From Amoeboradix gromovi X-113 (lineage: Eukaryota; Fungi; Sanchytriomycota): a stretch of DNA of 18,141 nt. Of this stretch, positions 1 to 8,470 are shown piece by piece. The translations under genes were made by a program, and so were the position numbers. Under the pieces are notes generated by a model, which was given only the letters and a program-made list of their open reading frames with translations, made no database searches and had not been told where the DNA came from. Location of the stretch: contig JADGIF010000132.1 in assembly GCA_018985225.1 (NCBI GenBank), positions 1 through 18,141 on the forward strand. Direction: 5' to 3'. The number at the start of each line of letters is the position of its first letter. Within the stretch, counting starts at the first letter, position 1.

Positions 1-120
1 GAATACAATCAATGAAAGAAAATTGGTATAATAGAAGAAGATCTTTTATTAATGATTTCCTCCGTATGGAGCACCTTCTTTAAAAACGAGTTAGGCTAGT
101 TTTTATATTTGGTGTCCCAA
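1..120 (+). repeat. Left copy of an ~120-bp repeat, inverted relative to 17953-18074; truncated by the window edge
   Basis: Manual alignment to the reverse complement of 17953-18074 gives about 10 mismatches in 117 columns plus one 3-nt and one 5-nt indel. Confidence 0.95.
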
Positions 121-236
121 TTGTAATAATGATTCAAACTACTTCAGAAGTTTATTCTAGTTTTTATATTTGATGTCCCATATGCTTTCCTCGTGATCTA
201 GTTCCTAGATGATATTCTAATTTTTAGTTGTTCTCA
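96..236 (+). repeat. 24-bp direct repeat units at ~60-bp period with unrelated spacers
   Basis: CTAGTTTTTATATTTGGTGTCCCA (96-119) and CTAGTTTTTATATTTGATGTCCCA (157-180) match at 23/24. A degenerate third copy starts at 217 (CTAATTTTTAGTTG...). Confidence 0.8.
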
Positions 237-269
237 CTCACCCCTCCTCAAGTGCGTCAGAAATTTTAG

Positions 270-560
270 ATGTCCAGCATAATAGATGATCTGCACATGA
301 TAGATCTGCAGTTAATAGAATCCATAAGCCAACTAAATAATCTGATTCAAGCATTAAATGCACCGTTACACAACCCGGAACATGGATTACAGATTAAACC
401 GATAGTGAAAAAATTGCTAGATATCATAGAGCAACTTAGAATGCAGTACGACTCAGTTCTGAGGGAGTTGGAACTCAAAGAAATAAAGCTGGAAGAAAAC
501 GAAATGCCAATTCCTAAATCTTTGAATCCATTAAAGTTAAATGAATTTCAAATAAATTGA
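270..560 (+). CDS. Small helical protein, Mediator subunit Med11-like
   Basis: The 96-aa two-helix pattern (IIDDLHMIDLQLIESISQLNNLIQAL...LLDIIEQLRMQYDSVLRELE) resembles the Med11 family pattern from memory. ATG start and clean stop. Confidence 0.5.
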   Translation: MSSIIDDLHMIDLQLIESISQLNNLIQALNAPLHNPEHGLQIKPIVKKLLDIIEQLRMQYDSVLRELELKEIKLEENEMPIPKSLNPLKLNEFQIN

Positions 561-681
561 GCTGAATTTTACGGTCCTAGATTCCGACTGTTATATCTAG
601 AGATATGATGCTCCCTTTCCACACGGCTATGGTCGTCTATTTTAGGATCTAGAACGTCGCATAATTTATAAAATTTCTTCA

Positions 682-1032
682 ATGACTGTAGCAGATCTAT
701 TAACCAAAGTGAGTCGTATAGAAACTGAAATTCATGCTGTGCTACATAAAATGGACAGGATTTACAATTCCCAGTTTGCTCTTTGGGTTCAGGACCCACA
801 AAATGTATATGAGGTTGCAAAACATTTGTCCGGAATGATTCAGGAATATAATAGAACCAAACAAATAGCAGTGATAAGATACTGTACAAGACAATATTCA
901 ATTAAAGAAATAGCGAATTTATTTAAATCTATTGATGTCAATATCGATATGTCACAAATATTAGATGGCCTCACAATTCTTTGGCATGCGGAGAGAAAAA
1001 AAGAGTTGCTAATATATCTCAATGCTAATTAA
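682..1032 (+). CDS. Hypothetical 116-aa helical protein
   Basis: ATG-initiated ORF with protein-like composition. It fills the gap and ends 11 bp from the convergent RTF2 stop. No family recognised. Confidence 0.6.
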   Translation: MTVADLLTKVSRIETEIHAVLHKMDRIYNSQFALWVQDPQNVYEVAKHLSGMIQEYNRTKQIAVIRYCTRQYSIKEIANLFKSIDVNIDMSQILDGLTILWHAERKKELLIYLNAN

Positions 1033-1043
1033 AGAGCGTAGTT

Positions 1044-1547
1044 TTAATTCTTAGTAAATTTTTTCTTCTTCTTTTCGAGCTTAGCGAGTTGTTTGACAAG
1101 ATCACTATTTATAGGATTAATAACAGTAGTAGACTTGGACTCCTGATTACACTTTGGACAAGTCTTAAATCTCTGTTTCGAGAATACACACCCGCAGTCG
1201 AGGTATACAAATGCGCCTCTCCCAAACCTTCTGTTTGTTATTGGGCAGGTATACGTTTTTGGGTTGCTCATCTTCAACAGAGTAATTTGCTTAAGACTTC
1301 GTACATGGTCAGCCACGCCACTCATTAATTTGGTTCCCTCTTTTTTGTCAATCATATATTGAATCAATGCATTTCTGTTGTACAATTTACCTAACTTGCA
1401 ACATACTATGGGTTCCTCTAAATCTTGTTTACTTATTGCGCACGTGTAGTATTCCTCCAAGTCATCAATATCTTTCTTTGACCTGTCTATCTCTTTTGTT
1501 TTTATTAATTCGCTTCTATTCTGAATACTCCCACCATCATTTCCCAT
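1044..1547 (-). CDS. RTF2: Replication termination factor 2 (Rtf2 RING-like protein)
   Basis: Signature N-terminus MGNDGGSI, then CAIS..L..PIV..CKLGKLYN, CPIT, CGCVFS, CPKC and a Lys-rich C-terminus. Confidence 0.93.
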   Translation of the reverse strand: MGNDGGSIQNRSELIKTKEIDRSKKDIDDLEEYYTCAISKQDLEEPIVCCKLGKLYNRNALIQYMIDKKEGTKLMSGVADHVRSLKQITLLKMSNPKTYTCPITNRRFGRGAFVYLDCGCVFSKQRFKTCPKCNQESKSTTVINPINSDLVKQLAKLEKKKKKFTKN

Positions 1548-1628
1548 TTATCCAGGGGGTTTGGAAAACAAATGACAAATAATCTGATTGGATAAGACGA
1601 AGTTATAAAGTGCTCCACCTGATTGATC

Positions 1629-1883
1629 ATGCTTCCTATTTTACTCACACTGGTGCTTTCTGATTCTTATACAGTAACCTTATCTGATGCAACTAGCAGT
1701 AAATGCAAATCAAGCGTTGATACTGCACTACAATATTTAAGGACTTTCGGATGCAGACTTATTAGTTCATTTCCTAATTTTGATGTATACTCAGTTAATC
1801 TGCCTAAGACTAAAGAAGCCACTTCGCTAAATCATGAAGGTTGTGTACTTTTTGAACGAAATAATGCGCTCAATACAAACTGA
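1629..1883 (+). CDS. Secreted peptidase inhibitor I9-like (subtilisin propeptide-like) protein
   Basis: ATG at 1629 and signal peptide MLPILLTLVLS. The mature region SYTVTL..G..LISSF..F..YSVNLP..VLFERN follows the I9 pattern (YIV.L, G..I...Y..F.GF...L, V..IE.D). Confidence 0.6.
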   Translation: MLPILLTLVLSDSYTVTLSDATSSKCKSSVDTALQYLRTFGCRLISSFPNFDVYSVNLPKTKEATSLNHEGCVLFERNNALNTN

Positions 1884-2340
1884 TTTTATTTAAAACTTTT
1901 TATTTTTATTCTTCAAAAGTCCTAGCTTCCTTGATAATCAAGACTTTCCACAGAGGATTTTGGCAAAGCCAGATGATGTGTTACGGTGGCGGTGAAATAA
2001 AATACCACCCTTAGACAGAATTAAAGAAAGATGCATGTACTTCAAGTAGATGATATGGTCTCTACCTTTCGTGATAGTCCCACATGTAGTTCGCACAGTG
2101 TAAGTGTGACCAATATATGCTTTCATAACATCCCACTAATGTTTTTTCCTTTCTTTGGAGACCGGTTTCACTTTTAGACCATTTTCTTAGCGTAGAAGGG
2201 CGTATTCTCCTATAGATATGACAAATTTTGGAGCCTTGCCATAGGTGAGAAAAAAATTATCAGGTTTTATTCAATTAGAATATTACAGAAAGAAAGACTA
2301 TTAGATGAATAAAATTTATGAATGATGATACATCTTTTAT

Positions 2341-4314
2341 TCAACTAGAATCTATCGACACTTTCAAGTCTTCACTATCAACCGAATTTTCATCTTCGTA
2401 AGAGGTTGCCTTTCCATCCAAATTCGTAATGCCTTGCGAAGAATCTGATAAAGTTAGGTTCTGAGATTTAAAAATTACAGCAGTTGAGCTGTCTTCTTGG
2501 TGCGCTGGCTTTGTTTGGACTAAACATGTAAGCTCTAAAAGGTATTCGTTTTCCTTCAATGTAAACTTCTGTTGCACTAAATCAGCTAACGACTTTCTAG
2601 AGTTTATTGTGTTGTTTTCTAGTACTAATGTAAAAATTTCTCTGCCTATTAATGCAAAAGTCCCTCCTGTTAGTTTTTTTTCATAATGTCTATCATTTTT
2701 ATTCAGTACCAAGCAGTACTGGTTTCCAAACAGCATTTTAATAAAAGTACTCTGCATCACCATACCAGCCACACGAACTACATAGCATTTGTCATCGTTT
2801 AACTTCAAGCATGTTAAATCTGCCAATAAAGTTCTTATCATGTAATCACAATTAAGATCCAGTTTAAACGCTATAAACAGGCTAAATACATCAAACTCAA
2901 GATTACATTCGTAATATTCACTAGTACTTACACACTCTGTCAACCACTTTTCTAACGGTATTTTTAAGGACTGGACAAGCTCCAACTTATTTCTAAAAGC
3001 AGTGTAGACACATATTTCTATTGGTTTTACAAACGCGTTTAAGAAAAATTGTCGGGTGTTTGTAATTTGAATACTAAATACCCCCATCTTGTCAATAATT
3101 GTGGGTTCCATATGAGGAACAGCTACGCAGAGTAAATGATTATTTAGGTCTACACCTGTGTTACTACTGATTTTGAATACAAATGCATTCTCAGTTACGT
3201 TTTCTTTTGCAAGCCCAGTCGGCAAGCAATTTAGCTTTTCAAACCTCGCATTCATTATTTGATTTTCTAATTTGTGCTTTTCAGATTGAAGCTTTTCTTC
3301 CTCTAGCGCCGCTCTTAATCCCTGTATCTCAGTAATATTAGTGGGTTTGTTAAAATTAGAACATAATTCAGGGTTTTGTAGGAGCTCTTGAAGGATATCC
3401 AGATCATTTAAGTGATTTATTAGTTTAAGATAGGATTCTAAGTCTGATATGCTAATGTTCTCTCTCTTTAGCAAGGACAACCAAGGCTTGGTTGCATCAA
3501 TCTTTTTTTGTAATTCTAGTATTTTAGCATCCTTCTTTGACTCGATTTCTGAGTTGTTAAGCTTTAGAACCGATAGCTTTTCGATAGATGCAGATTCCTT
3601 TAGCTTAAGTTTGTTCTCTAATTCAACTACTTGGTCCTGCAGTTCTTGTATGAAATTCAGTTTATCCTGATATTCCTTATTTTTCAGAATATCTTTTTTA
3701 GAATGTTTTACTTCCTTAAGCTTGTCTTTTAATTTGAGAAGAGCGTGTGCTTGCTGAGAGTCTCTTTCTTTTAAAACGGCATTTTGAGATTTTAAAACAG
3801 CCAGCTGCTGAGAATACTCCTCAATCGAATGTAAATGCGGTTCTATAGCTTGCTGCAATAAATTTTGAATAGAAGATAAGTTCATTAAATCGTTCGTAGA
3901 TTGCCGAATTGGTGCATGGCTACTTATATTGTCTTCTACAGCCTCTGTTCTGTGGTGCGAGTCCAAAATAGAGACATCAGCGTTAGGATGCATAGACTGA
4001 ACGAGCGAAACATAGTCTTTCTTTTTTCTATTGAGATTTGTGTCAACTTTTGGCTGAATATGATTATAGGTAGTCTTGTTAGCAAGAGTATCATTCTGTT
4101 TTCTATAATAGTTAAGTCGATTTCGCAGCCACACGTTGTTTTTAGATAGATCTTGTACTTGATGTTTTAAATCTGATATAAACTGTAAAGTTTCCTGATC
4201 ATCTTTGGCCGTCATGTGTTTCAAGTCATGGTTTAAAATTGTCGCATTCTTCAAGTTCCTAGATGGGCTTTGAGAATTCTCCAATTTTCTCATTCCGCAG
4301 GACGTAAAGTTCAT
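2341..4314 (-). CDS. RPGRIP1L: Ciliary transition-zone protein RPGRIP1L/MKS5 (fantom)-like: coiled coil followed by a beta-rich C2-like region
   Basis: LKHQVQDLSKNNVWLRNRL...TTYNHIQPKVDT matches the conserved RPGRIP1L N-terminal segment (recalled as LQEKVHELEKQNETLKNRL...TPYNNVQSRINT). ENAFVFKI resembles the start of the first C2 domain. Start codon uncertain. Confidence 0.75.
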   Translation of the reverse strand: MNFTSCGMRKLENSQSPSRNLKNATILNHDLKHMTAKDDQETLQFISDLKHQVQDLSKNNVWLRNRLNYYRKQNDTLANKTTYNHIQPKVDTNLNRKKKDYVSLVQSMHPNADVSILDSHHRTEAVEDNISSHAPIRQSTNDLMNLSSIQNLLQQAIEPHLHSIEEYSQQLAVLKSQNAVLKERDSQQAHALLKLKDKLKEVKHSKKDILKNKEYQDKLNFIQELQDQVVELENKLKLKESASIEKLSVLKLNNSEIESKKDAKILELQKKIDATKPWLSLLKRENISISDLESYLKLINHLNDLDILQELLQNPELCSNFNKPTNITEIQGLRAALEEEKLQSEKHKLENQIMNARFEKLNCLPTGLAKENVTENAFVFKISSNTGVDLNNHLLCVAVPHMEPTIIDKMGVFSIQITNTRQFFLNAFVKPIEICVYTAFRNKLELVQSLKIPLEKWLTECVSTSEYYECNLEFDVFSLFIAFKLDLNCDYMIRTLLADLTCLKLNDDKCYVVRVAGMVMQSTFIKMLFGNQYCLVLNKNDRHYEKKLTGGTFALIGREIFTLVLENNTINSRKSLADLVQQKFTLKENEYLLELTCLVQTKPAHQEDSSTAVIFKSQNLTLSDSSQGITNLDGKATSYEDENSVDSEDLKVSIDSS

Positions 4315-4940
4315 GAATCGAAAACAGATGTAAACTTATTCCGTATTTCATTGCTCAAAAAGGTCAATGGCAACGACCTTCTCATAAAAAGCCTGATTTA
4401 GCAGAAAATCAAGAATTTACACAGAGACACTGACAAAATCCGTAGCTTGGTTATAGCGGCTGCTTACTTTCCCAACATCCTGACATCTCTCTAGTTCCAA
4501 TGCCTTAAATAGTTCCAGTGTGTATGAAGTCCTTAAACAAAGTACTGGGGTTTTCGTTCAGCATTCTGCTTATTGAATATCACTCGTACATCAGATGATC
4601 TGTTCTGAGGAAGATGTGGAAACACCAAACGAATCTTGAATATCTTGTAAATTTCATAGCGATATCTATTCGCTGTTGTCGAGAAGTTCCTGGTAGGTCT
4701 TGAGAAAGATAGCATTCTGTGTTTCCTAGAGATATCATTAGATCTGACATATTCTGGCTGTGGGGATCTGGATACAATCCTCACGGACTTAAAGATGAAT
4801 ACAGACTTGATACCTTTTGTGTGGGTTCGGCAATCTAATAACTCATCGCTCTGTCATCCGCACTTATCACGATTTCACTTTTGAGGGCATGTCCCGAATG
4901 TCGTTTTGAATCAGTGAGTTTATTTTTTCAAAACCTCCAC

Positions 4941-7830
4941 ATGTTATCACTGATTTCCAGTGGATTTACAAACGAACCCGTGTTGTACGGTGGATATCAT
5001 GAATCATTAATTTATTCTGTATACATTGATGAAATGCAGACTGGAATCTATCACAACAACACTTTCACAATCTTAAAAGACTACATTTCTAAAATCAGTG
5101 CAAATATTCTAATGAGTAGTCACAGTATATACATATGTGATACTGATATCAAATGCCTGCATAAATTCAAGTTGCAGCTCAGCAACATCAAGGTCATAAA
5201 TGACAGAGTTTTGTGTGTTTACGTCAAAGGTGGATATGGCTGGTACGACTTGAGCACCAACAAACTAGAAGATGTGCTATCTTGGATCAACAATCCTGTT
5301 ATATCTGACGCTTCCTTTTTTTTGGATACATTAGTATTTGTAAAAGATGGAAAACTTGTCAAGATTGATGAGAGAGAAATCGATCTAAATCAACAGGGAT
5401 CTCATTTATCTTGTAATTCTGATATTTTATTGGTATGGGATGTTGATATAGTCTACTATACTACAAACTTAAATGAGTTTGGTTTGTTAAGACTGCAAAT
5501 ACACGCTACAGACATTGTTGTTAGCAAAATCAATAACATCAATTACATAATAGTCGTAGGTGTAGCAAATGAGCAAATATCTATTCATTTTTATACATTT
5601 ATGAATTCTGTAGTGCATGGTCCTTACACTTTGATTTTACCAAACGGCGACAAACTACTTCGAAGATCTCCTAAATCCATAGATGACTTGTTTTCTTTTA
5701 ATTCTCCCAAGTGGATCATCAATCAAATAGTAGAACAGCAATTGAGTACCCCGGATTTGCTTAATTATTGTCTCGAATTATCCTTGAATGAGCAAAAATC
5801 ACTAATTGATAAATTCAAAGTAAAAATACAAGACTTAAGAATGCCTATCAATGCTTCTGCAGCTTCGGATGCCATTTATATCTTCTGTACACAGGACATT
5901 ATGATTATTCGTCCTTCTACTTTTATTGAATTATTGTTGCACCAACACACTAACATTCATCATTTTATTCCTAACTTCTCTTCTGTACTTCCATTATTTT
6001 ACAAGCAGTATAGTATCACCAATTTTAAGTGGCAGCTCTCTGATATTTGCAATGCACTAACAATTAACAACAGTAACCATTTTAAACAAGTGTTAATACC
6101 CAACCCACTCGACCTACCGGCTAGGCAGGAGTACCTGCCATTACTTCCACTAATAGAGTACCTAATAAACAGAATCGAATCTTTGATGAGAAGTAGCTCA
6201 AATATTTCTAGCTTTGAGAATAACAACAGTAATGGTACAGTGTCAAATCTCATAGTAAACATCACGCATGAGTTGAACTTTAGCTGCTTTGTTATTCTTG
6301 GAATTTGTTGTAAACTACTGCTAAGTTTGTTTAACTATCAGGATTTACATTTGGATCATTTATTGTATAAATGCTTAATTACTAGCTACAAAAGCGGTGT
6401 GCTTGAGTGGCTGATTAGACATGAATTTAACAAGTCATCTTACCTAAACTCCATTGTAAACCAGTTAGACATCTTGTCATTGATCTCTAAATATGATAGC
6501 AGATGTATTTATTCTTATGTGTTCACCAATACCAACGATTTCGCATTAATAAACAAGCAACTAGCTATATCGCTGTTGCCATATCAGTCGCAGTGTCAGT
6601 TGTTGGTCATTTTACCTAAATTACCTTGTTTTCTATTTCTAATAGGAATTCAAACTAACAATCCTACTCTAATTGTTAAGTGCGCTAGCTATCTGTCAAG
6701 CGATAACTCTTCTAGCGCCAGCACTCCAATGAGAGGCGGATTCAGCATTTCCAAGTGTATATCGCTATTTCGAGTAGTGATAGCTAGCCCTCTTGATAGT
6801 GTAGTTACATGCAGTGCTATAATGCTGCTTAACTACATAAAATGTGTGTATAAGTATGATGCTTACATATTGTACGCACTAGTTCCAGTTTACATTCAAA
6901 AGTCGATTGAAGAAACTGGCACATGCATGGATAACAAAATAATAAATCAGTACTTTGACATGGGCAAAGTCTATGATTTTAACTGCTGCATACTGGTGTT
7001 AAGAAAGATTGAAGACAACACCAACTATTATAGAGATGTAATTTTGTCACTAGTTAATACAAGTAATATGGATCTGTTAAAGGAATTCAATACCACTGAG
7101 ATATATCCTAGGCTGCTAACAACTGCAAAGGGTTTATTTCATGAGCATATGACAACCAGCAACAAGTGTGATATCGATGTAGATGGTAATAACGCATTTG
7201 GTAGTAACCCCATGTACATGATATCTAGACTTTATCATGTAGTTTGCAGACTGTTGCTAATGGATAAGCAGTACTCGCAACTTGTGTCATTTGCTTTTAA
7301 CATGGAACCGAGATTGTTGAAGTACAATACAATACACGCTTACAGTACTGTACTAGAAAGTGTCAAAATGAGAATTGGTTGCATGTGCTTAATGGATATG
7401 AATTTTGACGTGAATGAGATTAGTGAATTGGAATTAAAAATTCAGTATTTCATGGACCACGGTCATTCTGGAAGTAAAAGAGAAATAACGGAATATTGTA
7501 TAGAACAGGGAGACTTCTATGCGGCATTTAAAAGCGACCCTACAAGCTTGCTGCAAATGGACAACAACAAAATAATAAAGTATAAGGGAATTCTGCAAAG
7601 ATCAAACTCTATGATAAGAATAGAGCTCAACGATGTCAGAGAGCTGATAAATTGTAAAAATGTCCCATTATATATGATCAAGTCATCTTTCGGGGATAAA
7701 AACGATTTAATTCAGATCTGTCTAAACAACGGATACATGGAGGAGGCTACAGAGCTAGTAAATAGAGCGGTAATCTACACTTATATAGGACTATATTAGT
7801 TTAAAGACTTTAGCCTTGCTGGAAATGTAA
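4941..7830 (+). CDS. Nucleoporin Nup160/Nup120-like (exons 4941-7769, 7789-7830; ~956 aa)
   Basis: First ATG at 4941. Beta-rich N-terminus followed by a long helical solenoid. The segment YYRDVILSLV..LLKEF..LYHVVCRLLL..QYSQLVSFAF...RL resembles the Nup160 C-terminal repeats. The ORF is certain; the identity is moderate. Confidence 0.55.
7770..7788 (+). other. 19-nt GT-AG spliceosomal intron
   Basis: GTAATCTACACTTATATAG has the same length and consensus as the SIN3 and ERG10 introns. Removal gives ...NRA-DYISLKTLALLEM* ending at 7830, followed by AATAAA. Confidence 0.75.
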
Positions 7831-7874
7831 ATTTGCTTAAATAAATCGAATTGTAAAATTACATTTTTGAAACC

Positions 7875-8426
7875 ATGAAAAGATTCATAGTGATAGGACT
7901 GTTCATTGTAATAATGATACTGTGGTTTTATAAACAAGGTTCGCCTAATTTTGCAGGCAATTTAGGGCATGCAGAATCGGATAAGCCTCAAATGGCGGTA
8001 AACATACCAAGTGTACAAATGAGAGATATATTCGATATGGAAGCTTACATAAGAAAACCAGTGGAGATAGATAACAAGGATGTTATGATGCCTTATTTAG
8101 GAAATCAGACACAAAGAGCAGAGTTGGGACACTCAACATGGCATTTTCTACACACTTTAGCAGCTAGATATCCAGTTGACCCAAACAATGAGCAGAAAAG
8201 TGCTTTAGTTGATTTTATCCATTTGTTTTCTAAACTATATCCTTGCGGAAATTGTGCTAGTCATTTTCAATTATTAATAAAGGAAGATCCACCACTAGTT
8301 TCATCAAGAGACGATATAGTGATGTGGTTTTGCAGACAACATAACAAAGTGAATGTAAGATTAAAGAAAGCGCTTTTCGACTGCTCTTCTGTCTATGAGA
8401 GATGGAAGTGTGGATGTGTGGAATAA
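7875..8426 (+). CDS. ERV2: FAD-dependent sulfhydryl oxidase Erv2 (ERV/ALR family)
   Basis: N-terminal signal anchor, ELGHSTWHFLH, YPCGNCASHF (CxxC), WFCRQHNKVN, and the C-terminal CGC shuttle motif typical of fungal Erv2. Confidence 0.95.
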   Translation: MKRFIVIGLFIVIMILWFYKQGSPNFAGNLGHAESDKPQMAVNIPSVQMRDIFDMEAYIRKPVEIDNKDVMMPYLGNQTQRAELGHSTWHFLHTLAARYPVDPNNEQKSALVDFIHLFSKLYPCGNCASHFQLLIKEDPPLVSSRDDIVMWFCRQHNKVNVRLKKALFDCSSVYERWKCGCVE

Positions 8427-8470
8427 TAAATTTATTAAATTTTGAAATCTTGGTTACTCCTCTGTGTCTA

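Noticed and set aside
96-236. Formal CRISPR array call
   Set aside because: Only two well-conserved units, no cas genes, and a eukaryotic context. Reported as a repeat instead.
569-1022. Minus-strand ORFs 569-901 and 840-1022
   Set aside because: Antisense to the more protein-like 682-1032 ORF, with no recognisable motifs.
1089-1582. Plus-strand ORFs 1089-1328 and 1367-1582
   Set aside because: Antisense shadows of RTF2.
1938-2126. 62-aa minus-strand ORF
   Set aside because: No recognisable family or supporting signals; the region is kept only as an unexplained gap.
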